From: an uncultured Gammaproteobacteria bacterium
GTDB lineage: Bacteria > Patescibacteriota > Microgenomatia > UBA1406 > HO2-37-13b
Assembly: GCA_964422025.1 (NCBI GenBank)
Contig: CAYQYZ010000001.1
Coordinates: 184,200-248,199, forward strand
Reading direction: 5' to 3'
Length of the DNA stretch: 64,000 bases
Part shown: in pieces, positions 38,573 to 48,542 of the stretch
How the letters are laid out: every line of letters starts with the position of its first letter
Numbering within the stretch: position 1 is the first letter of the stretch
The notes under the pieces: model-generated
What the model was told of the DNA's origin: nothing
Databases searched by the model: none
Seen by the model: the letters and a program-made list of their open reading frames with translations, nothing else
Program-made: the position numbers and the translations under genes

Positions 38573-38809
38573 ATGCAGGATTTTCTTCATTACTTAATCG
38601 CACAAATTGTCGATGACGTAGATTCAATTTCTATAACCGAATCTACCGAAGGCGATGCTATTCGATTCGATGTAAAGCTAACTGAAGGCGAATACGGAAA
38701 AGTAATTGGAAAAGGTGGAAAGACAATCAATGCAATCAAAACGCTGCTTTACGTATACCAAGCTAAAAAAGAACAAACTCACCAACCAATCTTCATTAAT
38801 ATCGCATAA
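38573..38809 (+). CDS. khpA: KH-domain RNA-binding protein
   Basis: GKVIGKGGKTINAI; follows rpsP. Confidence 0.88.
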   Translation: MQDFLHYLIAQIVDDVDSISITESTEGDAIRFDVKLTEGEYGKVIGKGGKTINAIKTLLYVYQAKKEQTHQPIFINIA

Positions 38810-38819
38810 ATTTAAGACT

Positions 38820-39500
38820 CTACTGACTGAACGGATCTTCTTTAGATTCAAGTTGAATTTGTGGTTGACTCTCATCGGAAGGCGCAGCAATATTTCCATC
38901 ACGGGCTTCTATTTTTTGTAGCAGTTGCACCATTTTCTGATTAATCACTGGAACAGTATTAGACATACCATTTGTAGAAACGGCTTTGCTATGAAATTTC
39001 AATCTAAATATGGCCGATGAAATAGGTGGATTAATGGTTATATCTTCAATTGTTGCGACTCGAGTACCGGCCAATTGATATTGCTCTAGAAAGTTCAAGA
39101 AAGATGAAACTGTCCCAGTAGCTTCTGCTGATACTAATACTCCATCGGTACTTGTTCCTGAAAACGGGGATGAGAATGATGTAAACGTAACACCTGTATT
39201 AGTACCCATAACTTCCAACGAATTAAAAATCGAAAAATAATCTTCGGTGCTTGGTAACAGTCTATTAAGCGTGACGACTAATCTATCAAGATCATCGGGC
39301 GAATAACGAACTATCGTATCATTTTGCTTCTGCAAATCGGCAATTTCTGCTTTGGTTGTTTCAATTTTACTATTTGTATCAATAATCGCTCGTACATTGT
39401 TGGTTGATACTAGCGCAAGCATGCCCGTAAAAAGAACTAACGCTACTGCATACAGGACATTTTCTTTTAATATTCGTGTTAGCGCAAAATTTATTTTCAT
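38820..39500 (-). CDS. PilO-like pilus alignment protein
   Basis: TM plus coiled coil, LP..ED; third gene after pilM. Confidence 0.65.
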   Translation of the reverse strand: MKINFALTRILKENVLYAVALVLFTGMLALVSTNNVRAIIDTNSKIETTKAEIADLQKQNDTIVRYSPDDLDRLVVTLNRLLPSTEDYFSIFNSLEVMGTNTGVTFTSFSSPFSGTSTDGVLVSAEATGTVSSFLNFLEQYQLAGTRVATIEDITINPPISSAIFRLKFHSKAVSTNGMSNTVPVINQKMVQLLQKIEARDGNIAAPSDESQPQIQLESKEDPFSQ

Positions 39501-39501
39501 A

Positions 39502-40062
39502 TTATTTAAATGTTCCCGACAAATTCACTGATACAACAGGCCCGTTTTCGACAGTTTGTCCAATCGACAATGAGTCAACAACAAGTGTGGAGAATACATT
39601 TTTAAACATATTGCTTTCTACATTATTCATAAATTCATACGCTTCTGCTTGGCTACCAAAAACGACTGTTGTTTTAAATAGTTTACTTTTATCAACGGTA
39701 AATGTATTAATCGTCGCTGAGCCCGTCGATACGGGAAGAATGCTATTTAGTAGAGTGAAATATGTCTTAAAATGAGGGTCTTTTTCCAGAAGACCTGAAA
39801 GCGCGTTACTTTTTAACGCTATCAATTGCACTTTTTGAACTGTTTCTCGGCGAGTACTAAATTCATTTAACAGCGACTCTTTTTGTGCTAATAATTGTGC
39901 GTAATTGGCTTCAACTCGATTTTTTTGAATAAAAATCACTGAAAGGGCAATTATCGTAATAGCGCCCATTACAAATGTTGCCACACGCAAAAAGAATAGC
40001 GCTGAATGCACCCGAGAACTTACGATCTGTTGTGATAATAAATTTATTCGCTTGCCCGGCAT
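39502..40062 (-). CDS. PilN-like protein
   Basis: RINLL motif followed by TM and coiled coil. Confidence 0.75.
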   Translation of the reverse strand: MPGKRINLLSQQIVSSRVHSALFFLRVATFVMGAITIIALSVIFIQKNRVEANYAQLLAQKESLLNEFSTRRETVQKVQLIALKSNALSGLLEKDPHFKTYFTLLNSILPVSTGSATINTFTVDKSKLFKTTVVFGSQAEAYEFMNNVESNMFKNVFSTLVVDSLSIGQTVENGPVVSVNLSGTFK

Positions 40063-40067
40063 GATAG

Positions 40068-41114
40068 TTATATGGGTAACCCAGCTCCAATGGCCGGAAT
40101 AAACAATCCCAAATCCTTTTTGAAGTATTCGATAACCTGATTATTCTGCATAAATGGAGCCGGGGAGAAGCATACAACGGGTATGCCAACGGTTGACGCC
40201 AAGCGTGCATCAAGCCCGGCAAAATGGCATCCTTCGCCAATAATTGCAAGTTTTGAAATCGGCACCGAATACTTTTGTTTTGAAGAAATCACAAATTTTG
40301 AAACATCAGCAGCAAGTTCATTATAAGCAGCTGACAAAACATTTTGTATAGGCACAGGTGCAGGTTGTCCGGTAAGCCCAACTTGGGCTAACATTTTTTC
40401 AGCTTCTTCATCAGAAATATTAAAGTTACTTTTAATTTCTTTAAGAAAAATTTCCATGCCTACCATGAAACTATGCGTTTGCAATGGAATTCCCTGTGCT
40501 ACATCGTACAGAGCCAGCGATGTTGAAGCTGATCCAAGATTTAAGTATAACTCTAGCGAAGGTGCCGCTGCTGGGTTGGCCTTCTGAGTATGTGCTACAT
40601 GCGAAATAAACGTAAACAAAGCACTACTTTCATTCGTTATCGACACGGGTAGCAAATCGGCATGTTCAACGATTCCAGTAATTTTTTCAATAATTGTTTT
40701 GGCGGTCGCTACTAGTAATACCGCGGTTTTCTTATTCTTCTTGTCTTCAGTCAGCATTTGTAAATCAAGTGCGGCTTTATCGATCGGAATAGGAATATAT
40801 TGCTCAGCTTGATATCGAATTGCAGAAATCAACTCCTTTTCGGTTAATGTTGGCATTTCAAGAATTCGGGTATAACTTCGACTATCGGGAATTACAATTG
40901 CTGCATCGCGTGCAGAAATTTTGGTGTCTTTTACCATTTGTTTAATCAGCACGGCCAGTTTATTTGCAGCATCATCTGAGTCATTAATATATACATTTAG
41001 CGGAACGCGCTCATACGCAAGGGTGTCAGCGACAATATGATCCGATGAAACCGAGATTTTAGCCAGTTTTACAAATGTATCGCCAATATCAAGCACTATC
41101 TGATTAGAAGACAT
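40068..41114 (-). CDS. pilM: Type IV pilus assembly protein PilM
   Basis: LDIG...VK, A.QYIP.P, EAE, IGAGL actin-like fold. Confidence 0.88.
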   Translation of the reverse strand: MSSNQIVLDIGDTFVKLAKISVSSDHIVADTLAYERVPLNVYINDSDDAANKLAVLIKQMVKDTKISARDAAIVIPDSRSYTRILEMPTLTEKELISAIRYQAEQYIPIPIDKAALDLQMLTEDKKNKKTAVLLVATAKTIIEKITGIVEHADLLPVSITNESSALFTFISHVAHTQKANPAAAPSLELYLNLGSASTSLALYDVAQGIPLQTHSFMVGMEIFLKEIKSNFNISDEEAEKMLAQVGLTGQPAPVPIQNVLSAAYNELAADVSKFVISSKQKYSVPISKLAIIGEGCHFAGLDARLASTVGIPVVCFSPAPFMQNNQVIEYFKKDLGLFIPAIGAGLPI

Positions 41115-41162
41115 AGTTTCAGTATGTAAGATTTTCGGGGTAAAATCAAGTACAAACAGCAC

Positions 41163-41726
41163 TTACTGGTAATTTTGAAGCTTCGTTTTTGTTTGATAGT
41201 AGAGCGTCGCTTTTTCTTCGCGAGTTGCAGGCGATCCAAACTGAGAAACCTGAAAACCAATGCTAACAAGCGGCGGACTAAATGATGATGTTCGTTCGCA
41301 ACTAAGCGAAAAATTGCTCACCACAACTTTTGTATTGGTTAGATATAGAGGGTTCGGACTTATAACAGCAGAATCAGATGCAATTTGTCCGTTTGACAAG
41401 TAAAAATAAAATCGATTTCCACTGGAATCTTTCATGTATACCGTATTTGAAGATGTTGGCGTTGTGGTTCCAGAAGTTGTTGAACACACTTCGGTTGTTA
41501 GCGCCGCGTCAGAATAAAGTGCGCTGGCACGTGTGTGCACGAGTTGTTCAATTGACGCCAGCGCGTCATCTCCATTTCGTTTAACTTGTTGCAAAATAAG
41601 TATTTTGGTCCGACTTTGTAAGTTAATTAAAAACAGACTAAACACTACCGGTAGTGTAAGTGCCAACACTCCGAGCGAAACGATGAGCTCAATAAGCGTA
41701 AATCCGTATTTAGTTTTTTTATACAT
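41163..41726 (-). CDS. Minor type IV pilin
   Basis: GFTLIEL class III signal. Confidence 0.9.
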   Translation of the reverse strand: MYKKTKYGFTLIELIVSLGVLALTLPVVFSLFLINLQSRTKILILQQVKRNGDDALASIEQLVHTRASALYSDAALTTEVCSTTSGTTTPTSSNTVYMKDSSGNRFYFYLSNGQIASDSAVISPNPLYLTNTKVVVSNFSLSCERTSSFSPPLVSIGFQVSQFGSPATREEKATLYYQTKTKLQNYQ

Positions 41727-41729
41727 ATG

Positions 41730-42170
41730 TTATTCCCACGATGTAAAACGGGTATTAAGGGGAAGTGTTGTAACCACATTCCCTTCGTTCCATTCAACGG
41801 TTACATTTACATTTACCTGCGTACTGGTCCCATTTGTGAACGAAACATACCGCTTAAATACAATATCTGATCCTTGCCCCAATGTAAACGAGCTACCACA
41901 ATTGCCCGTAGCTCCCCATGCGGTAATCGGCGAGGTATTAAAACATTGTGTTCCCGACTTTGGAAAATTGGCAAAGCTTGTTTCTTTTTGGCCCTTAAGC
42001 CAATCTTTAAGTTCACTAGCGTAATACGTTGCCATAATGCGGCGCTGTGATTGTTTTGTATTACGGAGCGATGAAACCATGGCACTTGTAACAGCTAAAA
42101 AGATCATCGAAAATAGAGCGGAAAAAATTAGTACCTCGATTAGCGAAAAACCTGCACGATTTTTTTTCAT
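41730..42170 (-). CDS. Minor type IV pilin (PilV-like)
   Basis: GFSLIEV class III signal. Confidence 0.88.
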   Translation of the reverse strand: MKKNRAGFSLIEVLIFSALFSMIFLAVTSAMVSSLRNTKQSQRRIMATYYASELKDWLKGQKETSFANFPKSGTQCFNTSPITAWGATGNCGSSFTLGQGSDIVFKRYVSFTNGTSTQVNVNVTVEWNEGNVVTTLPLNTRFTSWE

Positions 42171-42171
42171 A

Positions 42172-42702
42172 TCAGTTTGCTTCAACGATCCCGGCTCCAT
42201 TTATAGTAATTGTTTTAAATTTATTACTTTTTGTATTAGTAACGATTATCGATGAAATTCCAGAAACCGCAACTCCCGATGCTCGAAATTCCACCGAACC
42301 GGTTGTCGGAGTCAAAGACATGGATGGAGCTGTTAAAAAGGAAGCAATAGTTATGTCAGTGCATCCAGGGCCCAATGTACACGACGGCGACACATTTGCA
42401 CACATACTGGCTTGCAAAGCATACGATGAAGCGCTCAAAAGCGTTACTTTATACCCATCCAAGTCACACGCTGACTGATCAACACCCGCCAGAACAATTC
42501 CCGATTTGTCACCCGCCCGCGACTTCTTTTTTGCAAGTTCTATCGTCGAAATAAGCTCATTGGTGCCAGAATCAATTTTTTTGCTTTCGTTGAATGCGGT
42601 GTAGCCGCCTACGGACAGAGTCGAGAAGAGAATCATAATCGATATTACAATAAGGAGCTCTAAAAAAGAGAATCCTGCGTGAAGGTGTTTATTTTTGTCC
42701 AT
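42172..42702 (-). CDS. Minor type IV pilin (FimT/GspH-like)
   Basis: GFSFLEL; C-terminal F...G..I...G. Confidence 0.88.
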   Translation of the reverse strand: MDKNKHLHAGFSFLELLIVISIMILFSTLSVGGYTAFNESKKIDSGTNELISTIELAKKKSRAGDKSGIVLAGVDQSACDLDGYKVTLLSASSYALQASMCANVSPSCTLGPGCTDITIASFLTAPSMSLTPTTGSVEFRASGVAVSGISSIIVTNTKSNKFKTITINGAGIVEAN

Positions 42703-43144
42703 ACGAGCCGTAGCATAAATTACAGACCATTCCTGTGCCGCAGGTATCTGCACCTGGCGTTGGAGCAACCGTACAGGCCGACGTTCCCTCCATCCGTGAT
42801 GCTAATATATAATCGGCTCCATTAAGCGTGTAGTAATACTTGCGTGCCGAGAGCGGATCTTGGGGAACAGTTTGCAGATATACATTTCCTGCTGCATCAG
42901 TTAATGCACCCGTTCCAAAAGGAAGACCATTTGAAGCAACTACCGGAGTCGGATACGCATTATTATTTTCTCGATAATTCTCCAAGGCTCCTCGAATAAG
43001 TTGCATATCAGCCTTTCGACGTCCATCGCGGCCGCCTTGTTGTACATTCGTGTATGAAGCAATGCCGATTGTAGCAAGAATAGTCATAATACTTATCACA
43101 ATCAGAAGTTCAACGAATGAGAATCCATCTTTATTTAGGAACAT
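42689..43144 (-). CDS. GspG-like type IV pilin
   Basis: GFSFVEL, RD.RRK.D, LE.Y..YP, P.DP. Confidence 0.9.
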   Translation of the reverse strand: MFLNKDGFSFVELLIVISIMTILATIGIASYTNVQQGGRDGRRKADMQLIRGALENYRENNNAYPTPVVASNGLPFGTGALTDAAGNVYLQTVPQDPLSARKYYYTLNGADYILASRMEGTSACTVAPTPGADTCGTGMVCNLCYGSYGQK

Positions 43145-43793
43145 ACCTTGATTGTACATTTCCAGAATAAAAAATCAAGAGATGATCCACCGCCAACTGA
43201 GGACTAATGTTATTCTTCATAATAAGTGTTCGTGTAGAGATAATTTCAGAAATAAGCTGGGCGATTTTTTGCGTTGGCTTGTTGGTCAGCGCGTGTTCGT
43301 GGAGTGTGGTCTGCATATGTAGTAAGAGTTCATCACAAAATGCTACGGCCTTTTCAGGTTTCTTTTGCATACCGTCATACGTTGTAAGGAGAACGCCGAG
43401 GCTTTTATCTAACGTGATAGGAGTGGATTTTCTGACTTTCTTCTCTAGGAACACCGTTTGAACTCGCGAGAGTATCGTTGGGAGCACCGCAGATTCATCA
43501 CTCGATACTAAAATAAACTGCGAACTTGGCAAACTTTCTTCAAGCGTTTTAAGCAATGTGTTTTGGCTTTCTGACTTTGCCGTTTCAAAATCAAATATAC
43601 ACACGAGAAGGGGAGTATCGCCCAACCGAGAAACCTGCTTATTAATTTCGCGAATTAGATCAATTTTCAGTTGCGTCCCGTCTTTACGGGCCGTTAGCAC
43701 ATGAGCGTCGTGAATACCTAGCTTTTTTTTCACATCAGAAATATATTTCTGCGCTTTTTTTTCATCATCCGTAACTAACAAAAGAGGAATCAT
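43131..43793 (-). CDS. holB: DNA polymerase III delta-prime-like subunit (short)
   Basis: ID.IR, QNTLLKTLEE, LPTILSR. Confidence 0.8.
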   Translation of the reverse strand: MIPLLLVTDDEKKAQKYISDVKKKLGIHDAHVLTARKDGTQLKIDLIREINKQVSRLGDTPLLVCIFDFETAKSESQNTLLKTLEESLPSSQFILVSSDESAVLPTILSRVQTVFLEKKVRKSTPITLDKSLGVLLTTYDGMQKKPEKAVAFCDELLLHMQTTLHEHALTNKPTQKIAQLISEIISTRTLIMKNNISPQLAVDHLLIFYSGNVQSRYVPK

Positions 43794-43826
43794 AGTGATT
43801 GCATTTTAGCAGAGAATTCGGGTATA

Positions 43827-45554
43827 GTGAAAGTATCTATGGTTATTCCGGTAAAACAATTTCTTGATCTTTTAAAGGGCCAAAAATTGGTCTCTGAACC
43901 CGATGCAGCACGCTACGAGGTAGACGCGATTCGCAGGAATATGGAGATCGACACGTATTTGGCCGAGTTTACTAAAATCTCAAAAATCGACATTCTTAAA
44001 ACAAAAGCACAACTACTAAGCATTGCTTGGGTCGATGTAAGCAGCATTCCAATCGTTCCACAATTGTTAACGCTCGTTTCCGAGCCAGTTGCTCGAAAAT
44101 ATGTACTTATTCCCGTTTCTTTAGAGGAAAATGGTAGCCGACTGAAAGTTGCTATGGCAAATCCGTTTGATTTTCAGGTCATCGAATTTCTCGAGAAAAA
44201 AACTGGCAAAAAAATTGTTCCCACTCTTGCATTAGGTGAAGATATTGGGAAAATGATTGATACATTTTATACACAGGGATTGTCTCCTGACGTAGTCGAA
44301 GCGGTAAGAGATGCCCAGCCGAAAACGAAAACGATTAAAGCTGAGGATTTAGTAAGTGTACATGACGAAGCTCCGGTCGCACGAATCGTAAGTACTATTT
44401 TGGAGTATGCCATGAAAGGACGAGCTTCTGACGTTCATATTGAACCCCAAGAAACTCGAACCCGTATTCGATACAGAATTGATGGAATTCTGCAAGAAAA
44501 AATTACACTACCTAAAGGTATTCATGATTCTTTGGTTTCACGTATTAAGATTCTTTCTGACCTTAAAATCGATGAAAAGCGTATGCCACAAGATGGTCGT
44601 TTTAACTTTAAGCTGGGCGAGAATGAAGTCGATTTGCGCGTATCAACTTTGCCAACTGTTTTTGGAGAAAAAATTGTTATGCGACTTCTAAAAAAAACAG
44701 GTGGCGTTCCGTCACTAAATGAGCTTGGACTGCGCGGACCGCAGCTTAAAATTCTTGAAGAAGCAATTTTAAAACCATATGGAATTATTTTAGTTACTGG
44801 TCCGACAGGATCGGGAAAATCCACAACACTATACTCTGTATTATCCCGATTGAACCAGCCGGGAGTAAATATCTCTACGCTCGAAGACCCTGTTGAATAT
44901 CAGATGGCCGGAATTAATCAGGTGCAAGTCAATACATCTGCAGGACTTACATTTGCCACGGGTTTAAGAGCGTTTTTACGACAAGATCCTAATATTATCC
45001 TTGTAGGAGAAATTCGCGATGAGGAAACCACACAGCTTGCACTGCAGGCCGCTCTTACCGGACATTTGGTATTCTCTACGCTGCACACAAACGACGCTGC
45101 AACTGCGATTCCTCGATTAATTGACCTCGGGGGAGAGCCGTTTTTGATTGCATCGGTTCTAAACGGCGTTCTTGCCCAACGAATTGTGCGAAAAACGTGC
45201 ACGCACTGCGCCACAAAATATACTGCCCCTCCTGAAATTGCCCAGGATATTCGAAATGTCTTAGGTCCGCTGCTTCCACAACAATATGTAACGCCAAATA
45301 CTCCCATCACGCTTGTTAAAGGTGCCGGATGTGGGGAATGTAACAATTCGGGCTATTTGGGAAGAATGGGAATTTATGAAGTCATTAAAGTGACGCCTGC
45401 AATTAATCAGATGATCATCAAACACACCACCGCCCGAGAAATTGAAGACTTAGCCAAAAAAGAGGGAATGATTAAAATGAAAGAAGACGGATACCTTAAG
45501 GCGCTCGAAGGTACCACGACAGTTGAAGAAGTATTGCGCGTAGCGGAAATTTAG
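43827..45554 (+). CDS. pilB: Type IV pilus extension ATPase
   Basis: ASDVHIEP, PQDGR, GPTGSGKST, LRQDP, CxxC zinc motifs; start 43827 or 43839. Confidence 0.95.
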   Translation: MKVSMVIPVKQFLDLLKGQKLVSEPDAARYEVDAIRRNMEIDTYLAEFTKISKIDILKTKAQLLSIAWVDVSSIPIVPQLLTLVSEPVARKYVLIPVSLEENGSRLKVAMANPFDFQVIEFLEKKTGKKIVPTLALGEDIGKMIDTFYTQGLSPDVVEAVRDAQPKTKTIKAEDLVSVHDEAPVARIVSTILEYAMKGRASDVHIEPQETRTRIRYRIDGILQEKITLPKGIHDSLVSRIKILSDLKIDEKRMPQDGRFNFKLGENEVDLRVSTLPTVFGEKIVMRLLKKTGGVPSLNELGLRGPQLKILEEAILKPYGIILVTGPTGSGKSTTLYSVLSRLNQPGVNISTLEDPVEYQMAGINQVQVNTSAGLTFATGLRAFLRQDPNIILVGEIRDEETTQLALQAALTGHLVFSTLHTNDAATAIPRLIDLGGEPFLIASVLNGVLAQRIVRKTCTHCATKYTAPPEIAQDIRNVLGPLLPQQYVTPNTPITLVKGAGCGECNNSGYLGRMGIYEVIKVTPAINQMIIKHTTAREIEDLAKKEGMIKMKEDGYLKALEGTTTVEEVLRVAEI

Positions 45555-45576
45555 AAATTTTGTTAGATTTAATTAC

Positions 45577-46626
45577 ATGGACTTAGCTCAACTATTACAG
45601 TTAACTATCGAGAAAAAAGCGTCTGATTTGCATATTGTTCCACATTATTATCCGGCCATTCGGGTGAATGGGGAACTTACGCAGCTTAAAACATACCAGA
45701 TAATTGAACCTGCAACTGCGGCGGCTGTACTTACTTCTATTTTAACTTCCGAACAAAAAGAAAACTTCTTCGTTAATCGTGAACTTGATTTTGGATACAA
45801 CTACAATGGCATGCGATTTAGAGTTAATATGTATTTTACCAAAGGGGGAGTAGCGGCGTCATTTCGACTCATTTCTAATATTATACGAAGTCCGGAAGAA
45901 CTTGGATTACCAACAATACTCACATCTTTCACCAAACTGCGTCAAGGATTTGTACTTTTAACTGGTCCAACTGGAGAAGGAAAATCAACCACGCTTGCAT
46001 CTATTATTAATGAAATTAATCTGAATTCCGATCGACATATTTTAACTATTGAAGATCCGATTGAATATATGTACCCCGCAGCCAAAGCTATTGTTTCCCA
46101 ACGAGAGATTGGTCAAGATACTCATAATTGGAGCATTGCATTAAAATCTGCACTTCGTGAAGATCCAGATGTGGTATTAATCGGAGAAATGCGTGATTAT
46201 GAAACTATTCAAGCAGCGTTAACGATTGCAGAAACCGGGCATTTGGTTTTCTCGACCGTTCACACGAATTCGGCTTCTCAAACAATCGATCGTATTATTG
46301 ATGTTTTTCCAAATCATCAGCAAGCACAAATTCGTATACAACTTGCTTCAGTTTTGGCGGGCATTGTTACGCAACGTCTCGTTCCATCAAATACCGAAGG
46401 TCGTGTTCCAGCATGCGAAGTGTTGTTGAATAATTCCGCGACTGCCGCAACGATCCGCGAAGGAAAAACACATATGATTGATAATATTATCCAAACATCT
46501 TCAGCAGAAGGTATGATTTATTTTGAAAATAATTTAGCCAATCTTTATACAAGCGGCAAAATTAGTAAAGAAACAGCTTTGGGATATGCGATCCGACCTA
46601 CTGAAATTCAAAAGCTGATTAGTTAA
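45577..46626 (+). CDS. pilT: Type IV pilus retraction ATPase
   Basis: ASDLH, GPTGEGKST, LREDPD, IREGK. Confidence 0.95.
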   Translation: MDLAQLLQLTIEKKASDLHIVPHYYPAIRVNGELTQLKTYQIIEPATAAAVLTSILTSEQKENFFVNRELDFGYNYNGMRFRVNMYFTKGGVAASFRLISNIIRSPEELGLPTILTSFTKLRQGFVLLTGPTGEGKSTTLASIINEINLNSDRHILTIEDPIEYMYPAAKAIVSQREIGQDTHNWSIALKSALREDPDVVLIGEMRDYETIQAALTIAETGHLVFSTVHTNSASQTIDRIIDVFPNHQQAQIRIQLASVLAGIVTQRLVPSNTEGRVPACEVLLNNSATAATIREGKTHMIDNIIQTSSAEGMIYFENNLANLYTSGKISKETALGYAIRPTEIQKLIS

Positions 46627-46637
46627 TTATTTATCTC

Positions 46638-47837
46638 ATGCTATTTTCATATAAAGGTCTACAAAATGACAAACCGGTAAAAGGGTCAATTGAAACCGAC
46701 AATGAAACGAAGGTAATTGAATATTTGAGGTCAAAAGATATTACGATTCTTTCAATTCAAAAAAAGAAGGCGGGATTATCATTTAATGACGATGCACTTT
46801 TTGCTCGTGTTTCTTTTAACGACGTTGTTAATTTAACACGCCAATTGTCAATCATGCTTTCTGCCGGACTTTCTGTGGTAGATAGTTTAGACATTCTAAA
46901 AAAACAGGTCGGAAACCCTGCCGTTGTAAAATTAGTTTCAGAAATTGACGATGATGTTCGGTCGGGAATGAGTTTCTCAAGTGCACTTAAACGACACGGA
47001 AACACATTTGGTACTCTCTACATTGCCCTGGTAAAAGCAGGTGAAGCATCGGGAAAACTCGATGAAATTCTACTCAAACTTGCCGAAGGTCTGGAACGAC
47101 GTCGGGCATTTCAAGGAAAGGTAAAAGGAGCACTTATTTATCCGGCAGTCATTGTTACTGTCATGATTGGCGTGATGTTTATTATGATCACGTTTGTAGT
47201 TCCGCAACTTTTAGTATTATATAAAGACTTTAATGCAACACTGCCGTTACCCACTAGGATACTTTTGAGTGTTTCAAGCTTTTTTCAATCCTATTGGTGG
47301 CTTATGATTGCCGGAACCATTTTCGCCTTTGTTTTACTGCGAAATTATTTCCGTACAAAACATGGTCGTGAAGCAATACATTCGATCACATTGAAGATAC
47401 CGATTGTGAAAAATGTTATCCGTATTTCTGCTTTAGTTAATAGCACCCAAACATTAGCCATATTAACGCAATCAGGTGTTTCTATATTGGACTCGCTTGA
47501 TATTGTAGTGGAATCAACTAATAATGTTGTATTTCAGGAATCGTTTAAAAGAATTCGTCAAAAAGTTGAAAAAGGCGACACGTTGGGCAAAGCGTTAGAA
47601 AGTGAAGGGATTTATCCGCCTATTCTAGTTCAAATGACCACGGTCGGAGAACAAACTGGGCATTTAGACGACACGCTTAAGCATTTAGCAGATTATTTTG
47701 AAAGTGAATCTGAATCGGCAATAAAGGCACTCACAACCCTAATAGAGCCTGCTATTTTAGTAGTTCTAGGAGTCGCTGTAGGCTTTATTGTAATTGCGAT
47801 TATCACCCCAATCTTCGGCCTCTCAAATGCGGTCTAG
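46638..47837 (+). CDS. pilC: Type IV pilus platform protein
   Basis: Two T2SSF domains, GE.SG.L, YP, GEQTG.L, EP. Confidence 0.95.
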   Translation: MLFSYKGLQNDKPVKGSIETDNETKVIEYLRSKDITILSIQKKKAGLSFNDDALFARVSFNDVVNLTRQLSIMLSAGLSVVDSLDILKKQVGNPAVVKLVSEIDDDVRSGMSFSSALKRHGNTFGTLYIALVKAGEASGKLDEILLKLAEGLERRRAFQGKVKGALIYPAVIVTVMIGVMFIMITFVVPQLLVLYKDFNATLPLPTRILLSVSSFFQSYWWLMIAGTIFAFVLLRNYFRTKHGREAIHSITLKIPIVKNVIRISALVNSTQTLAILTQSGVSILDSLDIVVESTNNVVFQESFKRIRQKVEKGDTLGKALESEGIYPPILVQMTTVGEQTGHLDDTLKHLADYFESESESAIKALTTLIEPAILVVLGVAVGFIVIAIITPIFGLSNAV

Positions 47838-47924
47838 AATTAATATATTTACTACTTGACAAGTATATCTAATTTGATCTAGTATAGATTTAAAGCACAT
47901 TTACAAATTTTGCTTAATAATAGT

Positions 47925-48470
47925 ATGAAATTATTCAAAAAAGGCAATAAGGGTTTTACACTCATAGAACTCTTGATTGTTATAGGAATCATGGCCATCT
48001 TAGCAGTTGCGGCATTGATTGCGATCAATCCTGGTGAGGCCAACAATAAAGCCCGCGACGTCGAACGATTAAAGGAAGTTGCTGATTTACAGAAAGTCAT
48101 GGAACAGTGGATGCAAGAATCAACGGCAACCACGGCCTTTACATCGATTTCAACCGCAAACGCTGGATCACCGTTATGTAGTGGATCAGGATGGCTTTCG
48201 GCAGCAGGCTTGAACGTGTGTGCCTACGCCAACACACTAGCAGTTGATCCGGTTAATAAGGCAGCCCAAGCGCATCAAAACTCGACTGCCGCTACTACAG
48301 GTACAGTCGCATACGAAGTCACGTATGACGGTGCTCAACATTACCGAATCTGCACACATTTACAATCCCAAGCTAATCGAGCAATGCTTACTTCCGACGG
48401 AGGTATTCATGCTGACGCCTATGAGATTTCAAATGTGACCGCTGGAAACGGATGTACCGTAATTGACTAA
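47925..48470 (+). CDS. Probable major type IV pilin
   Basis: GFTLIELLIVIGI..INP..RD; own putative promoter and strong terminator. Confidence 0.88.
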   Translation: MKLFKKGNKGFTLIELLIVIGIMAILAVAALIAINPGEANNKARDVERLKEVADLQKVMEQWMQESTATTAFTSISTANAGSPLCSGSGWLSAAGLNVCAYANTLAVDPVNKAAQAHQNSTAATTGTVAYEVTYDGAQHYRICTHLQSQANRAMLTSDGGIHADAYEISNVTAGNGCTVID

Positions 48471-48493
48471 CACTTCTTAGTAAAGCCGAATTG

Positions 48494-48516
48494 TCCCGCC
48501 GCAAGGCGGGATTTTT
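48494..48516 (+). terminator. Rho-independent terminator after the pilin gene
   Basis: TCCCGCC-GCAA-GGCGGGA-TTTTT. Confidence 0.85.
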
Positions 48517-48542
48517 CGTGGGCTATGTGATAGACTAATCCA